A DNA stretch of 64,000 bases from the human T2T-CHM13v2.0 reference genome, Homo sapiens. Location: NCBI RefSeq assembly GCF_009914755.1, contig NC_060927.1. One strand, given 5' to 3'. Of this stretch, positions 1 through 12,430 are shown piece by piece. Within the stretch, counting starts at the first letter, position 1; each line of letters begins with the position of its first letter. The position numbers were made by a program, and so were the translations under genes. The notes beneath the pieces are model-generated. The model was not told where the DNA came from, made no database searches, and saw nothing but the letters and a program-made list of their open reading frames with translations.

Positions 1-94
1 AAAAACCTTTGCTTAACTTAGGCTTCTTGTTCTCACGACTCTGAGATCAGAAAGTGCCTTCTTCAGATTAGGACTCATGGTTCACTACAACAAA

Positions 95-308
95 AGCCAG
101 GGTGTAGAAAGTGGTTAAGTACATGAAACCCAGGTTCAGATGGTGTGGTTTGGCTCTCAACTCTGTCATCTATTTACCAGGAAAGACATTTAACCTCTCT
201 CTGCTCAGTTTCATATTCTGTAAACTGGGTTTACTTGATGATTAAATGAATATATATGTCACTTAGAGCAGTATCTGGCATATAACACTTAATAAGTGCT
301 TACCATTA
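95..308 (+). mobile_element. MIR SINE; its 3' tail is interrupted by the MER11 LTR
   Basis: MIR core-like 'atttaacctctctctgctcagtttcatattctgtaaactggg' and 3' end 'cttagagcagtatctggcatata...cttaataagtgcttaccatta'. The tail resumes as 'ctattattgtt' after 1389. Confidence 0.8.
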
Positions 309-1383
309 TATCAGGGAACCTGCCCCCAGTAGTCACGTAGGTTCTTTTCTATTTTCCCTAAGTGTCAGCTGGGTTGAGAAATAAAGGGACAGAGTACAAA
401 AGAGAGAAATTTTGAAGCCGGGCGTCCTGGGGAGACATCACATGTTGGTAGGTTCCGTGATGACCCACAAGCTGCAAAACCAGCAAGTTTTTATTAGTGA
501 TTTTCAAAGCGGAGGGAGTGTACGAACAGGCTGTGGGTCACAGAGATCATGTGCTTCACAAGGTAATAGAATATCACAAGGCAAATGGAGGCAGGGTGAG
601 ATCACAGGACCACAGGACTGGGGCAAAATTAAAATTGCTAATGAAGTTTCAGACACCATTGTCATTGATAACATCTTATCAAGAGACAGGGTTTGAGAGC
701 AACTGGTCTGACCAAAATTTATTAGGCAGGAATTTCCTTGTCCTAATAAGCCCGGGAGCACTATGGGAGACTGGGGCTATTTCATCCCTACAGTTTTGAC
801 CATAGAAGACAGCCACACCCAAGGGGGCCATTTTAGAGGCCTACCCTCAGGGGTGCATTCTCTTTCTCAGGGATGTTCCTTGCTGAGAAAAAGAATTCAG
901 CGATATTTCTCCCATTTGCTTTTGAAAGAAGAGAAATATGGCTCTATTCCGCCTGGCTCACTGGCGGTCAGAGTTTAAGGTTTTCTCTCTTGTTCCCTGA
1001 ACATTGCTGTTATCCTGTTCTTTTTTCAAGGTGCCCAGATTTCATATTTTTCAAACACACATGCTCTACAATTTGTGCAGTTAACGCAATCATCACAGGG
1101 TCCTGAGGCAACATACATCCTCCTTAGCTTATGAGATGACAGGATTAAGAGATTAAAGTAAAGACAGGCATAGGAAATCACAAGGGTATTGACTGGGGAA
1201 GTGATAAGTGTCCATGAAATCTTCACAATTTATGTTTAGAGACTGCAGTAAAGACAGGCATAAGAAATTATAAAAGTATTAATTTGGGGAACTAATAAAT
1301 GCCCACGAAATCTTCACAATTTATGTTCTTCCACCATGGCTTCAGCCGGTCCCTCTGTTTGGGGTCCCTGACTTCTCACAACA
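309..1383 (-). mobile_element. MER11 solo LTR (ERVK, HERV-K11/HML-8), about 1075 bp
   Basis: The minus strand starts TGTTGTGAGAAGTCAGGGACCCC and ends GGGGCAGGTTCCCTGATA, matching MER11 termini. An internal ~90-bp tandem unit (gtaaagacaggcat...aaatcttcacaatttatgtt) occurs twice. Perfect 6-bp TSD CCATTA at 303-308 and 1384-1389. Confidence 0.95.
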
Positions 1384-2394
1384 CCATTACTATTATTGTT
1401 ATATGAAAGAGTGTCAGATCCTGTATTTACAGGTATTGAGTAATATTGTGGTAGTGTTTTGTGTATTGAGGATTAATATTTTATTGCACTTTTGATAAGA
1501 AAAACAATGATTAATGAGTCAAGGAATATGATTTCATGAGTAGAAGAGAATTTAGAAGATACTTAACACAACCACTATTTTTGAAAAGGTGTTCAGAGAT
1601 TTCAACTTGAACAAGCTATACAGTCAGTTTTTAGCCATAACAATCAGGAATCCAGGCATCTCATGACTTCCTTCTTCCCCAAGGAGACACTAGACCCCCG
1701 TGATGGCAATACAGCCCCTGAAAAGGCTCTAAATTGCACTGAAGAGGAAGAGTAGGGAAACATTATGTGTTTTCCTAGTAGATGAGGTAAAACTGGGAAA
1801 AGATTCTTAGCCTATCACTCCAAAATTTGAGGTAAATGACACAATCTCCCTTTTAATTTAAAACTGTTGTCAGCTTCAACAAATAGAGCTGCTAGTCTAA
1901 GTGCAATGGACACCTGTTTCTCTTTGAGAAAATATTTTAAACATCAGATGTAAATTAAAATGTTTCACATATTTCAAATATGATGTAATTCATAAACTGT
2001 TTACATGTTGCAATAAAGTACAATCTTAGCTTTGCATTTTTGATTTGTTATTTAACAAACATCTCTGAGTAAATCTGGCTCAGAGGTATAGCTCTACTCT
2101 TATTCTCTATCCCTACCCTTGGCTTTAGGCTGGAATGAACTGAGTTTTCGCTTTGTGTCTGGTCATCAGAATTCTTTTCTAGCAGTGTATAGACAGTAAT
2201 TCATACAATATGAGGGTCTGATGTTTTAGTGTGAAATCAAAATTCTAAAACTTAAATCATAAGGACACTGTGTGTTTGATTATTCTTAATGTTTGTGAAG
2301 CCCTGAAATCGTTTAGGGAATTTTATTATGCATTTCAAACTGCATGTTTAATATTTCCACCCATGAAATTGTAATAGAAAGTTTATTCCCAAAC

Positions 2395-2720
2395 TTACAA
2401 ATGAAACTCAAGAAGGTTCAGGGAAGGCGGCACTCTGGAGGATGGTATTTGAATTCAAATGACATTGTTAAATTGGAAAGGTAATCAGAAATCAACAAAA
2501 TGAAACTTTCCAGGGACCAATAGAAGTCATTTTGAATAAAAAAAGAAAAAAAAAAAGTGGCACAACTGCAGATATGGGAATTCTACAGAAAAATGCCCTG
2601 TACTCCATTCAGCAGATCACAATATAAGTATAAAAAGAGCAAATACTAATTAGGCCTACTTTTTTCTACTTTTTATTTTATTTCATTCCTTAAATATACT
2701 ATTAGAATGCAGGAATCATT
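2395..2720 (+). mobile_element. L3/CR1 LINE fragment (end of RT region)
   Basis: 'ctggaggatggtatttgaattcaaatgacattgttaaattggaaaggtaatcagaaatcaacaaaatgaaactttccagggacc' resembles the CR1 LEDR..IQ.DLDKLE.W...N.MKFN.DK segment. Confidence 0.6.
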
Positions 2721-3179
2721 GCCTATCAGGCTAACTTGGTTCTCTTTTTCTTTCACCTCTTTTCTTCCTTACCCTCCAGGTCCTCCTTCTTCTACCTTTG
2801 TTTTCTTCAACATTTTTAGGTCTTTATGTTGCCTATGGTGGTCACTTCATTGGCTCTGATTCTCGTAGCAAAAGTGATAAAGGATGACAGTCACCTTGAA
2901 ATACAGCTAGAAATCAACTGGGAGTAACTCTATCTCAAGTGTGAGAATTGTTACGGTTCTCAGATCCTCGAGTGGGTACAAGCTGAGCATATTTTAGCGT
3001 GGTTCTCTAGGTAGGTACTAACGTCCCTTTCTCCACAAGATTCACAGAGGCCCCAGGAATGTTCAAAAAGAGAGGTATATTAATCAGCTTCTGGTAATAA
3101 AGATACAGCCAGGTTTATCTGTGGCCCTGAAAAGACCCAGGGTTGCCTAGATAACAATACAAGAGATAAGAATTAAAAT

Positions 3180-3972
3180 TATAGGCTAGGATAGAAGTAT
3201 ATTTCGCTTTACAAGAAACAGCCAAACAGTTCTCAAAAATGGTTGTGCCATTTTTCACTCTCCCAGCACATATAAGATTAAAGTTACTACACATCCTCAA
3301 CATCATTTTATGTTGTCTTTTTTTTTCCTTAATCATAATTGTTCTAGTAGGTGTGAAATGGTGTCTCATAGCTTTTTCCATTTAGATTCTTCATTGGGTT
3401 TTCAACTTGTATTTTCAGGATGACTAATGATGTTAAGCACCCCTTCATATGTTTACTGGCTGGTCATATAACTTCCTTTGTAAATTGTCAGTTCAATACT
3501 TTTGCTCATTTTTAATTAGATTGTTTATCTGTTTATTATTGATTTTTAGAAGTTCTTTCTATATTCTTGATACAATTTAATTGTCAGATATGCATTTTGA
3601 ATATGGCTTGCCTATTTATTTTCTTATGTCTTTTGACAAGCAGATGTTTTTAATTTCTACAATCTCCAATTTATTAGGTTTATTAGATTTTTATTTCCTA
3701 ATATGGTTAGTCTTTTAAGAGTTCAATCTAAGATATCTTCATCTTCCACAAGATAACAAATTTATTCTCTTGTATTTTCTTCATGAGCCTTATAGTTCTA
3801 GGTTTCATGTTTAAATGTGTGATCATTTTAATTTTAAAGTATGAAATAAGATAGAAATGAAAATCATTTTTCCCTATGTGTATATACAACTGTTCCAGAA
3901 TCTTTTGTTAAAAACAATAAAAACAAATCTTTCTCCCATTTAAAAAAATGCAATGGCTTTGTCAAAAATTAC
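3180..3972 (-). mobile_element. Old L1M ORF2 3' fragment
   Basis: T-rich antisense L1 motifs such as 'gccaaacagttctcaaaaatggttgtgccatttttcactctcccagca' and 'gtgtgaaatggtgtctcat'. ORF 3115..3381(-) gives the L1-like MRHHFTPTR. Confidence 0.8.
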
Positions 3973-3974
3973 TT

Positions 3975-5520
3975 GATGGGAGTCAATATTAATATGACGG
4001 TTCTTCCCATACTGGTACATTGATTCAACATAATCGCAGTCACAATTCTAGCAGGAATTTTTAGTAAAAATTGGCAAGTTGATTTTGAAATCTATATGGA
4101 AATGCAAGGGATCAAGAATAACCAAAGCAGTTTTAAAAAGGAAGAACAAAGATTTACTCTTCTTGATTCCAAGACTTACTAGAAAACCACAGTAATCAAA
4201 ATAGTTTGGGTGTTTCATACAAGACAGAGATAGATCAAAAGAACATAGAAGAGAGTCCAGAAATAGGCAAAACATCTATAAATTGATTTCTGACAAAGAT
4301 GTTAAAGTAGTTTAATAAGAAAAGGAAAGACTTTTCAACAGATGATTAAATATATGGAAAATGTGAACATCTACCCTTACCTTATACCATACACAAAAAT
4401 TCATTTAAATTGGATTACAGTTCTCAGTGTAAAATTGAGAACTATAAAACTCCTAGGAGAAACTCCTAGGATTGTGTGGTAAGCAAATTTCCTTAAAATA
4501 CAATATTATGAGTCATGTAAGAAAAAAGATGATAAATTAGACTTCTTCAAAATTAAAAGCTACTGCTCTCCAAAGACACCATTAAGTTAATAAGGCAAAC
4601 ACAGACTGCTAGAATATATTCACAATACATATATCAAAGAACTTGTATGCAGAATATATAATTTTTAGAATTTAATTATAAGAAGGCAAACAACCCAATA
4701 AGAAGTTGGATAAAATATTTAATAATATATAAATGACCAATATGCACATAAAATTAGCCATCGGGGAAATGAAAATTTAAAACAAGAATATACAACTGTA
4801 TGCCTATCAGGATGACTACAATTAAAAACAACCACCACCATCCAAACTCCTGGTCATTCTAAGTATTGGCAGAGGTGTGAACCAACAGCAACTCTCATAT
4901 GATTTTAATAAGACTGCTGCAACCATTTTGGAAAAAAATTTGGAAATTTTTGATAAAAGTTTGTTAGTGTCATAAAAACTTCAAAATGTGCCTACCTTAT
5001 AACCCTAGTCATTTTACAACTAGGTATTTACCGAACAGATAAGAAATTGAATGTCCATACAAATGCTTTTTTATAAATATTCATTGCAGCTTTATTCATA
5101 ATAGCCAAAAACTGGAAAAATAACCCACATATATTTATCAACAGGCAAATAGATAAGCAAATGGTGGTTCACCATACAATGGAACACTACTCATAAATAA
5201 AAAGAAATGACTTACTAAAACACATAACGACATGGACCATTCTCAAATTCATTATGCTAAGTGAAAGAGGCAAGGCAAATTTGTAATTCCATTTATATAA
5301 AACTCTAGAAATTGCAAACTAATTCATACTGTCAGGAAGCATAACAGTGGTTCTTAGGGATGAGGTGTTGAGGTATAACTGGATTAAGATTGTTACAGAA
5401 TTCTTTTGGGAAGTAATGGATATGTTTATCTTGATTGTAGTTACGGTTTCAAACTGATCAAATTATATACTTTAAGTATGTGAATTTTAGTATAATTTAG
5501 TTATACCTTAATAAAGGTGA
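3975..5520 (+). mobile_element. Old L1M (L1MC/MD/ME-like) ORF2 3' end and 3' UTR
   Basis: Sense L1 motifs 'aaaattggcaagttgattttgaaatctatatggaaatgcaaggg' and 'tttattcataatagccaaaaactggaa'. It ends 'ttataccttaataaag'. Confidence 0.85.
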
Positions 5521-5544
5521 AAGATCGATTCTCTGTAGGTCTAG

Positions 5545-6092
5545 AAGCTTCATTCTTAAGGATGTACCCAAGAAAAATTAAAACATATGTCCATGTAATA
5601 CATTTGTAAAAGAATGTTCATAGCAACCTCCCTCATTACGGTCAAGAGCCAGAAGTAATCTAAATATCCATCAACTGGAGAATTTATAAACAAATTGTGG
5701 TATGTTCATAAAATGGAATAATATTCAGCAATAGGAAAGAATGAGCTGCTGATACACACGGCAACACGGATGACTCTGCAATATGTTGTGTTAAGCAAAA
5801 GTAACCAGATATCTACCTCCCACTGCTAAAAAATAAAAAATAAAACCCATACTGTATGATTTAATTCATATAAAGTCCAAAAAGAGGAAAAGCTAATCTA
5901 TGAAGATACAAATCATAAATCTGAAAGTTATTACCTCTTGGAGAAGAGTGGAATTGACTAAAAAGCACCAGAAAACTCTCTGTGGTGATGTAAATGCTCT
6001 ATATCATGTTTCAGATGAAAGCTACATGTGTACCTGTAACTCTTAACATTTGTCAAGCTGCACACTTTAGAACTGTGAACTTTATTACATAT
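5545..6092 (+). mobile_element. Second L1M 3' end fragment
   Basis: Repeats the L1 3' series 'aagaatgttcatagcaac...catcaactggagaa...aaacaaattgtggtat...aatggaata' and an L1ME-like UTR. Confidence 0.75.
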
Positions 6093-6443
6093 AAGGAAAG
6101 AAGAAAGCCAACCCAAACAAAGGCTTCTCTGTAGAGCCTTTTTGGGTCCTCAGCCAGAGGCAGCATCTAAAATAGACAGACAGAAAGACAAAGAGATAAA
6201 TAGACCACTATTCTGTCTATACTGCACAGTTCAACTGGCTTTTTTAAATTCCATAAATGAGAGTTTAAAATAGTTCAGTGCAATTCAGGGTAGCCAAATA
6301 GTTGATTGGGACTATTTTTATGAAAGAATTCTAGGTGGAAAATGGAATAATGTAATTTAAAATTACTATTTTATAACCCCTAACGAAATAATATTTATAG
6401 GCAATACTTTATCAGTGGATACTAAGATCACTAGGTAAAATAT

Positions 6444-6862
6444 ATATATTTTTCGAGTCTGTGGGGCTTGCGTTTTATTTCTTCATGACAAAATGCGGCT
6501 TCCTGCTTTTAAGAAAAGAAGCACAGAGAGGCTCATAAAGGCAGCCTCCAAAGGCTTCTTGGAACTCAGATTGCTCCTTCAAAACATGGGCTGATGAGTT
6601 CAACGTAAATGCATTGGAGGCACGTGGGATCCATTTACCTTAAAATACACTTGGGCCTACAAATTAAAGGAAAAACAGACCAGGACAAAGTGTGTACTGC
6701 AAGGCCAAGCCCAAAACATTTGGGAAACAGTTCTAGAGACTCCCAGAACCCCAAAAGCTACTTGCTTCACCCACCCCTTGGGAATCATCAAATGTTATTT
6801 TTTGCACAAGATTGAGGATGAGCCTGCTCTCTGATCCCAGTGCTGTGCTCCGCTGTGCAGTA
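6444..6862 (-). other. Putative L1 3'-transduced sequence with poly(A) signal and decayed tail
   Basis: Sequence with no recognised repeat lies between the L1 tail and a TA/T tract (6444-6453). AATAAA on the minus strand at 6474-6479 is 20 nt from the tail. The whole unit is inside an 18-bp TSD (6426-6443 / 7083-7100, 15/18 identical). Confidence 0.75.
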
Positions 6863-7082
6863 TTTTTTTCTTCTAAATAAAAAATAGGATACACGTGCAG
6901 AATGTGCCAGTTTGTTATGTAGGTAGACGTGTGCCATGGTGGTTTGCTGCACCTATTGACCCATCCTCTAAGTTCCCTCCTCTCACCCCGACCCCGCAAC
7001 AGGCCCTGGTATGTGCTGTTCCCCGCTCTGTGTCCATGTGTTCTCAATGTTCAGCTCCCACTTATGAGTGAGAACATTCAGT
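6863..7082 (-). mobile_element. 5'-truncated L1PA 3' UTR (L1PA8-11 range, probably L1PA10)
   Basis: 'gtgccatggtggtttgctgcacctattgacccatcctctaagttccctcc...cccacttatgagtgagaaca', with a short T tract at 6863-6869. Confidence 0.9.
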
Positions 7083-8419
7083 GATTACTAGGTAGAATGT
7101 TAATGGGAAAGTTTGTAACAGATGAGGCCAGGCTGACAGCGCCTGAATCCATCCATCAATCTTAGCATCAGTAAAAGTCGGATGAGCAGATATTTGGTGC
7201 CTGTCTTCGAACATGTGTTGTAGATGTAACAACTATTGCCTATAAAATATTCTTGAAAAAAATATTGATTCTGAATCTAATCAAGCTCCAACTAGGAGAA
7301 ATCTGTCGACTAAAGGAACAATTTAAACAACAGCAAAAAGAAACAATCAGACAAATCCAGAATATGGGATGTTTCACAAGACAAATGGCCCAATTTCACA
7401 ACAAATATAAAGGTTAGAGGAGGAAGGCCATAATATAATGAGACTAAAGAGAGATTACAACCAAATTCAATGTTGGTTGGTTTTTCAGATCCTGATCTGA
7501 ACAAATCAACTACAAAAAGTCAGACCTAAAATAATTAGGGAATTTGAATGAAGTGTGGGTATTAAATGATATGAAAAAATGTCTAATTTTGTAATATGTT
7601 AAAATGACTTTGTAGTAATATTTTTTAAAGTATGCCCTATCTGTTAATGACCTATACTAAAGTATTTATGGGTGAAATAATGTGATAACTGGGATTTGCT
7701 TTACAATATTCCAAAGAAATTGGAGGAGTGAGGGTTAGGTGAAAAAACATAGGAAAAACTTTGACAATTGTCAAAGTTGGTGATGGGTACGTAAAAGTTC
7801 ATTACACCATTTTTAATAGTATTATGTATGTTTTAAAATTTTCATAATTGAAGCCTTAACTGACTACTAAAATTCCACATTTGATTTTTCTTTGTTGTCC
7901 TAATTTTTAAGTTAGCATTTAATTATATTTATGAATCTTAACTCCATCTCCTTTTCTGATGTTGTGAAATGCATTTATTTTCACCTCTTACAACATTTTA
8001 TGACGACTAAGCCTGTGTTAGAACATATTTACGTCTTCAGAGACATACTAATGTCCTCAGAGTCCACTTTCTCATTCTTAAAACCCTCTTCATTGGCCTT
8101 CATTATTTCATTTACTCTGAAAGAAAAAGCACGAAATACATACAAAACTCAGTCTTCTGTCTGAATACTTCTTGTTTGCAAAGCCAGAGTATGTTCACAT
8201 GTTTGCCTGCTATGGGCTGCTGACCACTGCTTAGTGTCAGTGGCCTAATGAGGACCCAGCACACCCAGGAAGTCAAATGAAACAATGTGCTGGAATAAAT
8301 TCTCAAACTCAAATCATATTTGAGCTTCTCTTCCTCTTTCAGTACTACAGGAAATAACTTTTTAAATGACAGAGGTAAAATGCACTACTTTTGTTTTGTG
8401 CATCAAATCCTGGTACAAA

Positions 8420-8822
8420 TACATTATTCTCCACTTGCTGTCTGTACTTCAGACACAATAAATATATCGCTGTTTCCTGAACCTCCCAAACTCATTCTCA
8501 CATTAGGACTTTTGCACTGGTCTCTTCACATACCTTCAGGCTCAGCTCAAATACCATCTCCTGTGAGAGACCTTTCTGACCACCCGAACTAAAATAACTC
8601 TCATCTCTCCACCACTTTCTTTCACAGTTAGCCTATTTGTCATTTTCTAAGCACTTTTATTTTCACTTCCTTTTAATCTATATTTATATGTACCACCATC
8701 CTCAACTAGAATACAAGTGCAGTAAATTCAGAGATCTTGTCTAATTTATTGTTATATCCACAGTGATTCAAATAACAATTGATATAGATTAGGAATTCAA
8801 TAGATATTTATGGCTTGAATAA
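8420..8822 (+). mobile_element. L2 3' end
   Basis: 'tcagctcaaataccatctcctgtgagagacctttctgaccacc', 'caactagaatacaag', and the terminal 'ttcaatagatatttatggcttgaataa'. Confidence 0.75.
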
Positions 8823-9204
8823 TTTTTTATGTTGATAGAAATGTATTATGTTATGACTTCATATTATAATTCAATAGCAACACCACTACAAATGATACTA
8901 TTACCAGATTATTTTTCAAAACATTCTGTATTGACATACATGACTGAAATTTGAGATGACAGTGTGATAGAGACAATCAGGATTCCAAAATTGAGCAAGA
9001 ATGGTAATATACATATAATATTAATAATACTAATATACTATATTCCTATGTGAATTATTAACACTCTTTGGATCAACACCTTATTGTTATAATATACACA
9101 GGAGCTCTAAGAGGAAGAAGCTGAACAAAGGTATTAAATAATTTCAACAAAACCATTTAGCATTTCTATGACAACATTCAAGCCTCCTAACCAAAACTCA
9201 ATTG

Positions 9205-9305
9205 TTCATTAATTAATTCAATAAATATTTGCTGAGAATTTATTTTGTGTCAAACATAATGCTGAGCACTCTTATGAGCAGGTCAGACAAGAACCCTACC
9301 TTTGT
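9205..9305 (-). mobile_element. L2 3' end fragment
   Basis: 'ttcattaattaattcaataaatatttgctgagaa...tgtgtcaaaca...tgctgagcact'. Confidence 0.6.
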
Positions 9306-10471
9306 AAGATATTTTTAAAGTCATATTCTGCTTCTATCTACCTCTAAATTTACAGATGAAAAAAACACCAATGCTTGTGAAGTTTTTCTACACAAAAACA
9401 TCCTATAGCTACTCAGGATAATAGCCTAAGGCATCCAAGCTGTATCTTTTCAAGCCAACCATTAGATGCTAATATTAGCAATGGCACTATTGATCAGTCA
9501 CATGCAATTTTCTACACAATGGACATTTACTTACAACTTCTGAATTAAATAATTGTGTAAAAATATGATATCCTATTTCTGCTTCATTTGCTTCCCTTCT
9601 TGATCTTTCTTTAGAGAAACAGTTTTCAAATATGTGGCTTAAATTCTCTTGGAGGTGAAAAATAATAATTTTATTTCTTCTTTTAAAACAAATTTTAGGT
9701 TAAAAAATATATAGTTTCAAGTTGTAAATGTGCATGCTAAGAAGAGAAGTAGGCCAATTCTCCCAGAAGCTCGTATGTGTCCTGGTTCTAGTGACCAACT
9801 CAGCTGTGATTTGACATTCCAGGGAATTGGGATATATTTTTCACCAGAGAAATCCCAGACTGCCGGACAAAATCTAAAGCGTTTGCCCTTTTCAGCCTTA
9901 CTTCTTTCATTATTTAAAACGAAAAGAGAAAAAGAAAAATGAGAGAGCAAGCAGAACTATATAAAAATTTGCTTATCAGACTCCGTCTTCAGCAGTATCT
10001 TAAACCTTTTTGAAATGTGAGCACAGAATTGTTACCTTTGGGGTGAGATTGGGCCAAATTGAAAGGCCAACTCATATTTCAGAGAGTTATGGGCCTCTGG
10101 TAGAAGACTGGAACCCCAAACCCTAGATATATATATATGCATATGCGTGTATGTGTGTATGTGTGTATATGTTACTGCTGTTGGTGGGAGAAGAGTACAT
10201 TTTAACAGTTCTATAGCTTATTCTGTTCCTAAGGGAAAAAAAAACAACAAATTATACTCCTCCTGAAAAAAACTATGATACAACAAAATTAGTAATATGA
10301 AACTTTAAGAAATAAAAAATCTCACATATTACATCTGGCAGATTTTGTGATTCTGGGAAGATACAATAATGCTAAGTAGACTAAATCCAGTTGAAATGCC
10401 ACCTCTCTCTCTCTTTTCTCTCTCTCTCACACATACACATATAATATAAAATATAATATACATTATATATA

Positions 10472-10784
10472 CAGTCACGCATCACTTAAGGACAGAAATA
10501 TGTTCTAAGAAATGTTTCATTAGGCAATTTCACGAGGTGAACATCGCAGAGTGTACGTCACAAACCTAGATGCTATAGCCTACTACACACCTAGGCTGTA
10601 AACCTAGACAGCATGTTACTGTACTGATATTGGAGGCCATTGTAACACAATGTTAAGTATTTGTGTATCAAAACATAGCTAAACATAGAAAGGTACCGTA
10701 AAAAGATGGTATTATAATCTTATGGACCATTGTCATATATTTGTTCTGTCATTGACTGAAATGTTGCTGTGTAGAGGATGATGG
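10472..10784 (+). mobile_element. Tigger3a/MER7A DNA transposon (TcMar-Tigger MITE)
   Basis: Starts CAGTCACGCATCACTTAA, contains 'acaaacctagatgctatagcctactacacacctaggct', has a decayed right TIR and is flanked by TA within a TA-rich tract. Confidence 0.9.
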
Positions 10785-11414
10785 TATTATATATTTTGTA
10801 TGTTACATATTATGTATTATATGTAATATATAGACTTAATATTTGTATTCTATAATTATATTTATTTACATATAATATTTTATTTGTTATAGATCTAGAG
10901 ATAGAGAGACATAGAAATTGAGATAGAGATATGAGAGTAAAACAAACATTTGAAGTACCATCTGGTGAATTATCTGAATTTTCTTTTCCTTGACAGTGAG
11001 ACTAAACATCAGTTGTTACCTGGAATATTTATATTTATTTAGATGCATCATGGGAAGAGGCAAAAAATCAATATATTAAAAATTAAAATAATAATATTTT
11101 AAAAATATACTAAACCATATTTACTAAAATATTGAGTTCTAGTTTATTGCCCAAATGGAAAGAAAGGTAATTAGTTCTTCTTTTAGTGGTGGAGATCATT
11201 TTTCCATTAAGCATCCTCTGTACCAAGTGACTTGGAGGAATGTACATAACCGATCAACCAGACACACAGCACCTCTTTTTGAACAATAATGGCAATACTC
11301 AATCCTGTAGTTTAACTTGCTTTTTCTTCTGTTGAATACTCTGCTGCAAATTCATGAGGCCTATCTAGCCTTGAAGTAAGAATTGCTATTTTCTCACACA
11401 GCTTACCATCAAAA

Positions 11415-11520
11415 CATCCAGAAGAAAGAGGAGAAGAATGAAGAATGAAGAGAAGTGGGTCGGGGAAAGAGGAAGAGGAGGAAAAAAGAAAAAAAGCTGA
11501 AGAAGATGAAGAAGAGAGCA
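11415..11520 (+). repeat. GA-rich polypurine low-complexity tract
   Basis: gaagaaagaggagaagaatgaagaatgaag...gaagaagatgaagaagag. Confidence 0.85.
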
Positions 11521-11823
11521 TTGTACAAAAATTATTTGTAAAAATTGTCTGCTCTCACTAAATTGAAATCTTTATTCTCTTTTCCTTCCGTTCCTAATTC
11601 CTTGCACTTCCCCGTCATTTTACCTGAGATTGTGTCATTTACTACTCAGGTAACATTCAATTTTTCATCTCTGCCTGTCAAATAATCTTGTCTCTCAGAT
11701 ATCTGAATCTGAGCAAATCACTCCCATAGTCTCACCCTATGCTCTCTCAATATCTGCATCCACTCTCACTGAACGTCGACACTCTACTTCAAAGTCATAC
11801 ATTTCACTGTCTTGCTTCAATAA

Positions 11824-12430
<607 letters not shown>

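Larger units (their letters stand above)
6335..7850 (+). mobile_element. L1ME3/ME4-like 3' UTR, split by the 6444-7082 insertion
   Basis: 'atcagtggatactaagatcactaggtaaaa' joins to 'tgttaatgggaaagttt...ggctgacagcgcctgaatccatccatcaatcttagcatc', which is colinear with the recalled L1ME 3' UTR once the insert is removed. Confidence 0.75.

Noticed and set aside
412-1226. Cluster of overlapping ORFs
   Set aside because: All lie within the MER11 LTR and show no gag/pol/env similarity.
11312-11521. Ser/Phe-rich ORF, or an acidic-looking EEEE/KKK stretch on the plus strand
   Set aside because: Low-complexity GA tract with no splice or coding context.
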